Counted from the stretch's first letter, positions 38,370-48,051 are shown. The stretch: 64,000 bases of DNA from Pseudomonadota bacterium (GCA_018823135.1 JAHJJF010000070.1:8990-72989), one strand, 5' to 3'. Notes: generated by a model not told the origin, from the sequence alone. Translations and numbers: made by a program.

Positions 38370-38698
38370 CTGGATTTTATTTAAATTGGCTTCTTGGACT
38401 CATATTAATGGATAAATAAAGGTGAGCGTATTGTTTGCTCTTATTTAATCGGTGTTTTGCGTAAATTCTTTAAAAGTATAAATAGTTTTCATGTTCAGTG
38501 CCAGATTTTTTTTTGAGTGGTCATGACTTTCATTTCTGGATAATGAGGCGTGATCAGAATTTTTTTTTCTGAAAAGATTTGTGAAAGGCCCGAAATGCCT
38601 GCTGAGCAGTTCTGAATCAATAGCAGCTCAAAGGGAATCAATATACCTCAGTAAGACTTGCGCAGCATGAACTCAGGGAAATTTGATACGGAGGTGTT

Positions 38699-39973
38699 TC
38701 AGGATGAGGGTGTAAGCAGAATGAGGACTTCAAGGTTGGCGGAACCTGGGAACATATCAAGGGGCACAACACGGGTGACTGCATAGCCTCCCGTCTGCCA
38801 TTGTCTGATTGCGTCCTTTATCTGGTCAACACCGCAGAGGATATGGAGGACTTTTTGCGGTGCTCGCTGGCATAGTGCAGCAATAACCCCTTCCGCCGGT
38901 CCTTTTCGGGGGGGATCGAGGATGATGGTTTCCTTCCCCTTGGGTAGTCGAATCTCTTCAATGGTTTTTTCAGTAATGCGGCGAGCCATGAAACGGCTGT
39001 TGCGGGAAGCGGGGTTCAGTTTTTTGTTAACCATTGCCGAATTGATCGATGGGCCTTCCGCGTCCAAGCCTAAGACATTTCTGTACCTGGGGGCCAGGTT
39101 ATGGCTGAAAAGCCCATAACCGCAATAAAGATCCAGCAGGTCTTCGTCGTCTGTCGGTTCCAGAAGTTGGCTGACCGTGTCCAGCATTAACGGCACCATG
39201 GATTCGTTGACCTGTGAAAAGGAGGTAGGGTGGAAGGAATACCTGCAGTCCTGGTGGGTGACGGAAAGATGTCCTTTGCCGAACAGGGTTTTGAGATGGA
39301 GGAGATCGGCAGGTTGCCGTTCCTCAAAATAATAATCCGAGCCACTTGGGTCCGGGTAAATATGGGCGGCGGTAATTGTTGTCGAGAGCTTCTGGAGATG
39401 ACTGGCCAGGATTTTCAGCTTACGGACCAGGGGGCCGTTCATCGTGTCAACGTTGAAGATTACTGCCTGCTCGGCATAACTGCCCCGAATGATTATGTAG
39501 TTGAGGTGGGTGGCTACCAGTTTGAAAACCGGGTCACTTATTTTCTTTTGAAGAAACGCGTATATTCTGCTGTGCTCCCAAGGTTCAAGAGGAGATTCGA
39601 TAAAGGGGTTCTTCTGGGTAGTTCCGTCACCGGACAGCAAATAAAGGATTGATCCTTTGTAGGTGGTTCTTCTTTTTGTGGTGGTCCGGTATTTGCGGGG
39701 TTTTGGAGAACCGATAACCAGTTCCGGAACTCCCGGCAGTCGGAAATGTTTCCAGAGAAGGTCAAGGGCCTTGTTTTTTGCCTCCAGCTCTTCTTCGTAA
39801 ATAAGATGGGCAAGGGGTGAGTTCTGCAGAATAGATCTGGCCACGGGTCTGCCCGGATCAGGGATCAGCGGTTTGAGGATGTTGAAAAAAGAAAACACCG
39901 ACTTGTTCGTTGGAGCCGGTGGTTGGATTCTTGGTTTGTCTTGCCCGGGAGGAGGGAATGGTTTCTTTTTCAC
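38699..39973 (-). CDS. Class I SAM-dependent RNA (uracil-5) methyltransferase, TrmA/RlmD-like
   Basis: LLDLYCGYGLFSHNLA (motif I), ILDPPRKGP (motif IV) and the C-terminal DMFPGSANLE are typical of the TrmA family. Confidence 0.8.
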   Translation of the reverse strand: MKKKPFPPPGQDKPRIQPPAPTNKSVFSFFNILKPLIPDPGRPVARSILQNSPLAHLIYEEELEAKNKALDLLWKHFRLPGVPELVIGSPKPRKYRTTTKRRTTYKGSILYLLSGDGTTQKNPFIESPLEPWEHSRIYAFLQKKISDPVFKLVATHLNYIIIRGSYAEQAVIFNVDTMNGPLVRKLKILASHLQKLSTTITAAHIYPDPSGSDYYFEERQPADLLHLKTLFGKGHLSVTHQDCRYSFHPTSFSQVNESMVPLMLDTVSQLLEPTDDEDLLDLYCGYGLFSHNLAPRYRNVLGLDAEGPSINSAMVNKKLNPASRNSRFMARRITEKTIEEIRLPKGKETIILDPPRKGPAEGVIAALCQRAPQKVLHILCGVDQIKDAIRQWQTGGYAVTRVVPLDMFPGSANLEVLILLTPSS

Positions 39974-39999
39974 AGCGGTCTCAATACTTACCTGGATGT

Positions 40000-41634
40000 T
40001 TAGGCTGCCTGGTTAACAGACTCGATGATCACATCGGTAAAACCCGCTTCGCGGGACGCCAGGTAATCATCAAAGTCCATCATCACGTCAACAAAGCCGT
40101 CAGGTTTAAGTTCAACTATTCTGTTGGCAACGGTGGAGACGAACTGATGATCATGACTGGCAAAGAGAACAACCTCCGGGTAGGCAATGAGGCCATTGTT
40201 CAGCGCGGTGATTGATTCCAGATCAAGGTGGTTGGTTGGTTCGTCGAGGATGATGGTATTGGCGCCGGCAAGCATTATCTTGGAGAGCATGCAGCGAACC
40301 TTCTCGCCACCGGAAAGCACCGATATTTTTTTCAAGGCTTCTTCCCCGGAAAAAAGCATTTTTCCCAAGAATCCTCTGAGAAAACTCTTATCGGATTTCT
40401 CTGGAGCGAATTGACTGAGCCAGCCGATGAGATCCTGGTCGGCATTTTCGAAATAAGAGCTGTTCTCTTTGGGAAAATACGCGGTCTTGATGGTGATTCC
40501 CCAGCGGAAACTGCCGCTGTCCGGTTCTAGTTCACCTGCGAGTATTTGAAACAATATGGTTTTAGCCAGAGTGTTCATTCCGACAAAGGCGATTTTGTCG
40601 CCTCTATTTATGTTGAGAGTGAGATCCTGAAACATCGAGACGCCGTCAACTGTCTTGGAAAGGCCTTCGATTTCAAGAATGACATCGCCGCATGGCCGTT
40701 CCGGCTGAAAAACAACGTAGGGGTATTTTCGGGAAGAGACCGGCATGTCCTCGATGGTGAGTTTCTCCAGGAGTTTTTTCCTTGAGGTCGCCTGTTTTGC
40801 CTTTGAGGCGTTGGAGCTGAAGCGCAGGATGAAATCCTTGAGCTCTTTGGCCTTGGCAGTAACTTTTTTGGATTCACTTTCCTTCTGTCGGAAATGGAGC
40901 TGGCTTGCCTCATACCAGAAATCATAATTGCCGACGTATACCGTAATTTTCCCGAAATCAATGTCTGCCATATGGGTGCAGACCTGGTTGAGGAAGTGGC
41001 GGTCATGGGAAACGATAATTACTGTATTTTGAAAGCGGGCGAGGAAATCCTCCAGCCAGTTAATTGATTGCAAATCCAGATGGTTGGTGGGTTCATCAAG
41101 CAGGAGGATGTCGGGGTTGCCGAAAAGCGCCTGGGCAAGAAGGACTCGAACCTTATCACCGCTTTCAAGTTCTTTCATCTTTTTTGATCGCATCTCTTCG
41201 GTAATTCCAAGGCCGCTGAGAAGTACTGCCGCCTCTGACTCCGCTTCATAACCATTCATTTCGCCGAATTCCGCTTCCAGTTCTCCGGAGCGGATACCGT
41301 CTTCGTCGGTGAATTCGGTCTTGGCGTAAAGGGCTTCCCGTTCAGCCATTAGCTTGAAAAGTTTTTTATGGCCCATGATCACGGTGTTAAAAACGGTGTG
41401 CTCGTCAAAGGCAAACTGGTCCTGATTAAGGAAGGCGAGTCGCTGTCTCGGGCCTTTGCTGATCTGGCCGCGATCCGGCTCAAGCTGACCTGCCAGTATT
41501 TTCAAAAAAGTGGATTTGCCGGCGCCGTTGGCACCGATAAGGCCGTAACAGTTGCCGGGGGTGAATTTTATATCGACGTCCTGGAAAATTACCCTTTTGC
41601 CATAGGAGAGCGCGACATTGGATGCGGTTATCAT
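40000..41634 (-). CDS. ybiT: ABC-F family ATPase (YbiT-like translation factor)
   Basis: 544 aa with two ABC cassettes (GANGAGKST / LSGGEKVR.. and a second set). It is near-collinear with my memory of E. coli YbiT (..VIMGHKKLF.., ISHDRHFLNQVCTHMADIDFG, FSSNASKAKQATSR). Confidence 0.9.
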   Translation of the reverse strand: MITASNVALSYGKRVIFQDVDIKFTPGNCYGLIGANGAGKSTFLKILAGQLEPDRGQISKGPRQRLAFLNQDQFAFDEHTVFNTVIMGHKKLFKLMAEREALYAKTEFTDEDGIRSGELEAEFGEMNGYEAESEAAVLLSGLGITEEMRSKKMKELESGDKVRVLLAQALFGNPDILLLDEPTNHLDLQSINWLEDFLARFQNTVIIVSHDRHFLNQVCTHMADIDFGKITVYVGNYDFWYEASQLHFRQKESESKKVTAKAKELKDFILRFSSNASKAKQATSRKKLLEKLTIEDMPVSSRKYPYVVFQPERPCGDVILEIEGLSKTVDGVSMFQDLTLNINRGDKIAFVGMNTLAKTILFQILAGELEPDSGSFRWGITIKTAYFPKENSSYFENADQDLIGWLSQFAPEKSDKSFLRGFLGKMLFSGEEALKKISVLSGGEKVRCMLSKIMLAGANTIILDEPTNHLDLESITALNNGLIAYPEVVLFASHDHQFVSTVANRIVELKPDGFVDVMMDFDDYLASREAGFTDVIIESVNQAA

Positions 41635-41708
41635 GGTCTGTCCTTATATAATAAAAAAGCCACAAGAAAAAACTTGTGGTGGGGATGCAATGCGTTGGAG
41701 GCAGAACG

Positions 41709-41736
41709 AAAAAAAAACCCCGCATGATGCGGGGCT
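41709..41736 (-). terminator. Rho-independent terminator after csp (41760-41960)
   Basis: CCCCGCA-tga-TGCGGGG stem with an A8 tract on +, which is a U-tract on the minus strand. Confidence 0.75.
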
Positions 41737-41759
41737 TTTGTAATGGTCGTGATAAAGTT

Positions 41760-41960
41760 CTACAGCTGTACTACTTTATCGGCTGCCGGACCTTTGGGGC
41801 CATCAACAATCTCAAAGGAAACACGAGCGCCTTCTTGAAGGGATTTGAATCCTTGTGCCTGAATGGCTGAGTGGTGAACAAATACGTCCGCACCACCATC
41901 CTGCTCAATAAAACCAAAACCCTTTGAATCATTAAACCATTTAACTGTACCTTCTGCCAT
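41760..41960 (-). CDS. Cold-shock protein (CspA family)
   Basis: 66 aa. [33 protein letters not shown] contains the RNP1 and RNP2 motifs. Confidence 0.95.
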   Translation of the reverse strand: MAEGTVKWFNDSKGFGFIEQDGGADVFVHHSAIQAQGFKSLQEGARVSFEIVDGPKGPAADKVVQL

Positions 41961-42061
41961 CTTGTACTACTCCTTTTGTAGACAGTTCCGTGGGAACCGT
42001 TTATATAATAATCGGCCGGTTTATCGTGTTGATAATCGACCAGCAGTCTGCTTCGCTAAAA

Positions 42062-42099
42062 CAAAAAAACCGCACGACCTTTTCGTAAGGATTGTGCGG
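42062..42099 (-). terminator. Terminator-like hairpin plus U7 inside the csp leader (candidate attenuator)
   Basis: The minus strand reads CCGCACAATCCTT-acgaa-AAGGTCGTGCGG followed by T7. It lies 100-140 nt upstream of the csp start and downstream of the candidate promoter at 42152-42179. Confidence 0.55.
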
Positions 42100-42151
42100 T
42101 AAACTTTTTGTAATATATTACTACAACTAGCGACTGCCCAACTAAGAATAC

Positions 42152-42179
42152 ATTTTAGCCGTTTTTTAAATAAAAGCAA
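42152..42179 (-). promoter_or_regulatory. Candidate sigma-70 promoter for csp (41760-41960)
   Basis: The minus strand reads TTGCTT-N16-TAAAAT. This predicts a ~180-nt 5' UTR. Confidence 0.45.
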
Positions 42180-42407
42180 GATTTTTTTTATGTAGGGATG
42201 TTTTTTTTGTCATGCAACAAACTGGTGGGCAAAGTAAGCTTGGCCGGCAAAGAATGTGGCTTGAATTTCCCTAACTCGAAGGCATGATCTTTCTGGTGAG
42301 GGAAGCGTGAATTATTATTGCGGTTCAGTGTGAAAAATTAAGGAAAGAGAGGGGATATCTCTCCTGGGATTAGAGTTGCGTGGCTGATGAAAAAGCAGAA
42401 ATGGAGG

Positions 42408-42551
42408 TTAATCTTTCTGCAGAGAAGGTGTTTCTTGTTCCTCGGCCGGGGTATCCTGTTTCTCATGCTTGCGTTGTTTCTTTTCATCTTTCTTTTTTTT
42501 CTTTGCCAATTCTTTCTGGCGTTTTTCGAATGTATAGTTTGTTTTGGCCAA
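42408..42551 (-). CDS. Candidate small basic protein (47 aa, TTG start)
   Basis: My translation is (TTG)AKTNYTFEKRQKELAKKKKKDEKKQRKHEKQDTPAEEQETPSLQKD. AAGGA lies 7 nt upstream of the TTG. The ORF is missing from the track because it has no ATG and is shorter than 60 aa. Confidence 0.25.
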   Translation of the reverse strand: MAKTNYTFEKRQKELAKKKKKDEKKQRKHEKQDTPAEEQETPSLQKD

Positions 42552-42600
42552 GATTTTGTCCTTGTTATTGGTGGGTGCTGGGCGTTATGGATGCTGCCCT

Positions 42601-42629
42601 AAAAAAAGACCCCGCTGTGCGGGGTCTTT
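42601..42629 (-). terminator. Rho-independent terminator after csp (42649-42849)
   Basis: GACCCCGC-tgt-GCGGGGTC stem with an A7 tract on +. Confidence 0.75.
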
Positions 42630-42648
42630 GCAATGTCGATATCAGTTG

Positions 42649-42849
42649 TTACTGGGGGACAACATTTTCTGCAGCCGGACCTTTGGGGCCATCGACGATG
42701 TCGAAAGTAACCCGTTGTCCCTCTTCAAGTGTTTTATAGCCTTCCATTTTGATAGCGTTGTGGTGAACAAATACGTCTTTGCCGTTATCTTGTTCGATAA
42801 AACCAAAGCCTTTTGACGCATTGAACCATTTTACTGTTCCCTCTGCCAT
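42649..42849 (-). CDS. Cold-shock protein (CspA family)
   Basis: The start is placed at [33 protein letters not shown] with GGAG upstream. The track ORF extends to 42897. Confidence 0.95.
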   Translation of the reverse strand: MAEGTVKWFNASKGFGFIEQDNGKDVFVHHNAIKMEGYKTLEEGQRVTFDIVDGPKGPAAENVVPQ

Positions 42850-43075
42850 TTCGAGTACTCCTTTGTTGAGTGGTTCAAATGGATAACCATTTGACATGAA
42901 TTTTCAGATTACTGGATAAGAATCTGACGTTTGCTTTGTGCTCGCGCATGCCAGCATGTTTTTTGCAGCAGCGTTTTGCCTGACTTGTTGAGTCTGAAAC
43001 GCTGATTTTACCCTTTACATTACTGATGATATAAATAAAGTCAAAGCATTTTTGACTGAATATAAAACGAGGTGA

Positions 43076-43597
43076 CTACATTTCAGGCTCAATGCTTTTC
43101 CGTACCCTTTTTTTCTTTTTTGCCTTCAAGCCGCTTCCCGTTGACAGTTGAGCAAGGGTTTTCAGTTGGCAAATAAAGATTTTTGGTCCTTCGTTGAAAG
43201 TCAATTCAATTTTGTTTGGTGAAATTGTCGCTGTGACAATACCTAATCCAAAGGTGGGGTGATTGACCAGGTCATTGGTGTCAAAGAGGGAAGTCATGGT
43301 ATAAGGAATTGCTTGATCTATGCTCCGACCTTTCAGAATTTTTGAATAATTATCGTTTGCTGTTTTTATCGATCGGCTCGTTGGAGTCTTGGAAGCAGGA
43401 CCTTTGGCTGAATCTGATTTCTTCTTTGTTGTGGCCGGCTCGGCAGGGCGGTAATTATGTCTGCCGCCGCAAACATTGCACTGCACTTTAATAATTTTTT
43501 CTTCCACCTTTGCGATAATGGTGTGGTTGGTTAGTGTTTTACACTTAAGACACCCTGAATCAATTTCTTCTCCGGCATTTATAGTTGTAGTTGCCAT
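43076..43597 (-). CDS. Hypothetical Zn-ribbon protein with C-terminal HPxFGxG beta-barrel-like domain
   Basis: 173 aa with CLKC...CNVC near the N-terminus, a basic and Ser/Thr-rich linker, and DLVNHPTFGLGIVTATISPNKIELTF. The last segment resembles the small C-terminal domain of UvrD/PcrA-type proteins (DUF3553-like), as I recall it. Confidence 0.6.
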   Translation of the reverse strand: MATTTINAGEEIDSGCLKCKTLTNHTIIAKVEEKIIKVQCNVCGGRHNYRPAEPATTKKKSDSAKGPASKTPTSRSIKTANDNYSKILKGRSIDQAIPYTMTSLFDTNDLVNHPTFGLGIVTATISPNKIELTFNEGPKIFICQLKTLAQLSTGSGLKAKKKKRVRKSIEPEM

Positions 43598-43741
43598 TTT
43601 GTTGCTCTCCTTGAGTATGAAGAATCGCTATTGTTCCAATTTCTGAATTCAGAACTTATTGGAGTGCCCCTCGGGAATGCTTCCCAAAAGGGCACCTATT
43701 TTAATCCCCTTGTGAGGGATAAATGCTTTTATTATTACTGT

Positions 43742-45091
43742 TCACATTCCCCGAGCCGGGTTTCCTCTTGGACGGCCAGGTGAGAGAAAGATGTTTTCAC
43801 TGCCTGAAGCCGACTGCGCGGCCCGGTCACGACGTTGTGGTCGATTCCCGGTCTTTTTGTATTTTGTGTTATTCCTGCCTTGATCTTCGTGACGATTGAA
43901 TCGGTCGTTTCTCTTTGGTGTTGAACTCGCCTCTTTTCTTATGGGCGTGCTTTGGGTGCGCTTGTCGGGAACCAGCTCGCCAATGTTGAACAGTTTGTCG
44001 CGAGCGATTTCCTTGCCAAAAGAGCGTTCAATCATTTTTATCATCTTCCAGTCTTCACGACCCGCAAAGGTAAAAGCTTCGCCTTTAAGCGATGCGCGTC
44101 CGGTGCGTCCGATGCGGTGAGTATAAGCCTCAACAGTATCAGGCACATCAAAGTTGATAACATGTGAGATGCCTGTCACATCAATACCACGGGCAGCGAT
44201 ATCAGTGGCAACCATGAGTTTGAATGTGCCCTCTTTGAAACCATTAAGGGACTCTTGTCTTTTCTGTTGCGAGAGGTTGCCGTGAAGGGATGTCGCACTA
44301 TGGCCTGCCTTTTGCAGCTGTTCCGCGAGGCTTTTTGCTCGATGTTTGGTTTTGGTGAAAATGAGGGTGGCCCCCATATCAGTTTTGGAGATTATATCCT
44401 TAAGAAGCGCTGTTTTTTTGTTTGATTCCACAGAGAAAAGTTTGTGCGAAACTGTATCCTTAGGCTTTTCGTGGTCAATCTGGACTGTTTTAGGATCCTT
44501 AAGGATATCCGATGCAAGCTTCATGATTTCACTTGGCATGGTGGCCGAAAAAAGCAGGTTTTGTCTGTTTTTGGGCAAATATTTTATTATACGTCGGATC
44601 GCAGGGAGAAAGCCCATGTCAAACAGGTGGTCACCTTCATCCAGAACCAGGGTTTCAATTTTAGCGAGGTTTATTCCGCCATCACTGAGATGATCAAGGA
44701 GGCGACCCGGGCAGGCTACGATAATATCCACGCCTTCCCGAAGTTTCTTGGTCTGAGCAAATTTACTGACGCCGCCGTAGATAGAGATACTGCGAATTCC
44801 AGTTTTGTTGGCAAGCTTACAGATATCAGTATGAATCTGCTCTGCCAGTTCTCGGGTAGGAGCAATGACCAGGGCGCGGGGTGTTCTGCGTGACCCGTCG
44901 ATAATTTTCTGGATGATGGGCAGAACAAAGGCTGCGGTTTTACCTGTGCCGGTCTGGGCCAGGCCAAATACATCATGTCCGTTGAGAACAATAGGGATCG
45001 CCTGCACCTGGATAGGTGTAGGTGTGGTGTAGTTGCATGCTTCAATGTTAGCGACAATCTGGGGGTTGAACTTAAATTGTGTGAAACTCAT
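43742..45091 (-). CDS. rhlE: DEAD-box ATP-dependent RNA helicase (RhlE-like)
   Basis: The start is placed at MSFTQFKFNP. Motifs present: Q motif, AQTGTGKT, PTRELA, VLDEGD (DEGD variant of DEAD), SAT, HRIGRTGRA. The C-tail is Arg/Lys-rich. Confidence 0.92.
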   Translation of the reverse strand: MSFTQFKFNPQIVANIEACNYTTPTPIQVQAIPIVLNGHDVFGLAQTGTGKTAAFVLPIIQKIIDGSRRTPRALVIAPTRELAEQIHTDICKLANKTGIRSISIYGGVSKFAQTKKLREGVDIIVACPGRLLDHLSDGGINLAKIETLVLDEGDHLFDMGFLPAIRRIIKYLPKNRQNLLFSATMPSEIMKLASDILKDPKTVQIDHEKPKDTVSHKLFSVESNKKTALLKDIISKTDMGATLIFTKTKHRAKSLAEQLQKAGHSATSLHGNLSQQKRQESLNGFKEGTFKLMVATDIAARGIDVTGISHVINFDVPDTVEAYTHRIGRTGRASLKGEAFTFAGREDWKMIKMIERSFGKEIARDKLFNIGELVPDKRTQSTPIRKEASSTPKRNDRFNRHEDQGRNNTKYKKTGNRPQRRDRAAQSASGSENIFLSPGRPRGNPARGM

Positions 45092-45625
45092 AAAATTATG
45101 TCTCTTTGTGTTTGTCCGACAGCAGAGGGACCGATCCATCTATCCTGATGAAGAGGACGGGTCGTTAGTTTATATACTCATCTGTCAAGTTTGTTTGGGT
45201 GTAATGAATGAACAGGAACTAATATGATAGTCGACTTGTATGTCTGCACTAATGTCGGATAGAGGCCTGTTCAGACACTCCTTCAAGTGATCAGCAAAAA
45301 CTCAAGCGACATCTCTTCTAAAGGAGTAATGATACTTTTAGGAAGGGGAAACGACGTTAATTGGAATATGCCAGGCACATTGATAATTTTTAATTTTCAT
45401 AATATACCCGACTTTTTTGTTTTTGCAAGTAAATAGTAGTAATAGCGGATTATTAGAGATCCGATTACGAAAAAGTCTCAATCAATTTAACCGGCATCAC
45501 GCGCTTGGTGAATTCAATTCGTTTGGAGTCTATTGGCGGCTCAATTGAATGCTTTTATGATTTTCTTCAACTACAACTGAGGCATTTTTGTTTTTAACTT
45601 TACTGAGTTAGGTGTTTGAAACTGA

Positions 45626-46333
45626 TTATCGGAAGATATTATACTTGAGGATGCAGATCACGGCCCGGATGCCGTCTTTCCAGTTGATTTTCTTGCCCTG
45701 TTCATAAGTGCGGCCGTAATATGAGACCGGAACTTCATAAATCCTCAAATTCTTTTTAGCTATTTTCGCGGTAATTTCCGGTTCGAATCCGAATCTGTTT
45801 TCTTCAATGGTAATTCCCTTAATCGCTTCTTTTGTGAAAACTTTGTAGCAGGTCTCCATGTCGCTCAGATTGATGTCGGTAAACAGGTTCGAAAGAAGCG
45901 TCAGAAAGCGGTTCCCGATGGAATGCCAGAAATAGAGGACCCGGTGGGCGCCGTATCCGGCAAATCGCGAGCCGTAGACAACATCGGCTCTGCCGGTGAG
46001 GATCGGCTGCAAAAGTATATGATACTCACCTGGGTCGTATTCCAGGTCCGCGTCCTGAATAAGGATGATATCGCCTGTAGCATTGGCAAAACCGGTGCGA
46101 AGAGCACTGCCCTTACCGGAGTTTTGTTCATGCATTATGACCCGCACTTCCGGGTGGGTGAAGGAAGAAAGAAGCTCTCTTGTCCCATCCGAAGACCCGT
46201 CGTCAACAACCAGAACCTCTTTTTTATACGGAGTTGCAAGAACAGTGACGAGGATTTCTTCAATAGTGTCCCGTTCGTTAAATACCGGGATTATGATACT
46301 TAAGGTGAAATCTTTGGTAATTGTATCGGCCAT
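45626..46333 (-). CDS. GT2 polyprenyl-phosphate sugar synthase (ArnC/DPM1-like)
   Basis: 235 aa with LSIIIPVFNERDTI, VVDDGSSDGT, IQDADLEYDP and GSRF. Confidence 0.85.
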   Translation of the reverse strand: MADTITKDFTLSIIIPVFNERDTIEEILVTVLATPYKKEVLVVDDGSSDGTRELLSSFTHPEVRVIMHEQNSGKGSALRTGFANATGDIILIQDADLEYDPGEYHILLQPILTGRADVVYGSRFAGYGAHRVLYFWHSIGNRFLTLLSNLFTDINLSDMETCYKVFTKEAIKGITIEENRFGFEPEITAKIAKKNLRIYEVPVSYYGRTYEQGKKINWKDGIRAVICILKYNIFR

Positions 46334-46497
46334 GTGATGAGACTTTATTTGAAGATTATTTGCAGTTTTGGGAGGAGTTTAACTGTTTATAAAAAGTACT
46401 TAAAGAGTATAATGTATCGGATGATTAACTTCATAATAATATTTCGATTTTTCAACCAATTTATCATAAGCATTCGTATATTTTCAAGATCATCAAT

Positions 46498-48051
46498 GTG
46501 AATAAACACGCACCGACATCCCATATAATGCTTTATGCCCAAAGCGATCTGAATCGCTATCCCGGAAGATCTCTTTCCTTTGGGATGGTCCTGCTTATCC
46601 TCTCATTTTTTGTTGTGCCCAGGCTTTTTCAGCTTGGTCATATCCTTTCCTGGGATGAGGCCTGGAACCTCTGCGCCTTAAAATCTCTTGCCGGTCACGG
46701 CACTCTGTTTCTGGAACAATATTTCCGGCACCCGCCGATATACATGGAAATCGGCAGACAACTTTCTCCCCTGATCGAGGGATTTGAAATCAGGATGGAA
46801 TTGCTGAGCCTTTTCTTGAACAGTGTAACTTTCATCCTTCTGCTGTTGCTGGTTGCGGATCTTTAGTGGCAACGGATCGCAATTTTCACCGGTATTATTC
46901 ATGCATTCATGCCCGGAGCGATCTTTTATGATACCTGGATAAAACGTGATCCGGTGGCTGCCTTTTTCTGCATTGCAGCTCTTTACATCCTTTTGAGGAC
47001 AAGAAAAAAAGAATGGTTGTGTGGCGTTTTTCTGGGGCTGGCATTATTGGGCAAGGAGAATGCGCTTTTTTATGCTGCTGCAGTTTTTCTGATTATCGTT
47101 GCCGATTTCAAGAAGGGCCGCTGTCTGCAGCGCCTGGGCATGGTGTTTGGCAGCGCATTCATTGTCTCCGCCTGGTGGTTTTTGTTTTTCTCCAGGAGCG
47201 TCAAAGGATTTAAGGCATTTTTTATCGGTGAATCAATAGAGGCGGGCGGTTTTGATGCCGGACAATGGTACTATCTGTTGAAATTACCCGATGATTCAGG
47301 CTTGCCGGTTTTTATTCTCCTGGTTCTGGGTTTATTGGTTCTTGTTTATAAGAATAGATATCTATTCACTGCAAAAGGCAGGCTTTCGTGGAAACCGGTA
47401 CGTCTTCTGCCAATTATCCTGCTTGTACCGGGATACCTGATCCTGAGCATCTCTAAAGGAAAACCGGCCTGGGGCAATATAATTCTTTTTCCCGCTTTGG
47501 CAATCATTGCAGCCTACGGATGGTCGGCTCTTTCATCATGGATTGATAGATTTCCGTTAATTTTCAGGGAAGTGAAATATCGCCACAAGACCCTGCTTTC
47601 AGGTGCGATCCTGATTCTGATATTGATTGTGCCGGTCCTGAAATTTTCCTACATCAAGTATTTTGAGGAAGTGGATGCAGGGCAAATATTGCTCGCCCGG
47701 ACCTCCCTGGAAAAGGTGGGGCTTATTAATGAATATGTAAAGGATGATGAGCAACTCCTGATATTTCCCAGCCTTTATCTTAATGGACCTCATCTTAGAG
47801 ACCCGATATTTTTCTGGAAACTTTCGACATTCCCGAAAATTATTTATGTCGAAAAAGTTGGTGATTATAAACTCCTCAAGGAATATATAGTAGAAAATAA
47901 AATACACTGGTTGCTGATGTCCCCTGTGAAAGAAGGCCTGCAAAAGGATTATCTGGACCAAATGATAGTCGATTTTTTTCCGCCAATGCATTTGTATTCT
48001 CAAGGCGTGCTGGTGCATACTGAAATGCTCTGGAAAAATGATCTCCTTTAA
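46498..48051 (+). pseudogene. GT-C (ArnT/PMT-like) membrane glycosyltransferase split by an in-frame TAG
   Basis: Track ORFs 46498-46866 and 46909-48051 are in the same frame and separated only by a TAG at 46864-46866 (..LLVADL-TAG-WQRIAIFTGIIHAFMPGAIFY..). The protein is polytopic, with SWDEAWN in the first loop (the DE motif of GT-C enzymes). Confidence 0.7.

Noticed and set aside
42380-42816. Three overlapping + strand ORFs (119, 71 and 90 aa) between the csp genes
   Set aside because: They are low-complexity (poly-Phe/Leu from T-runs) and antisense to the csp gene, terminator and leader. No RBS or motif is present.
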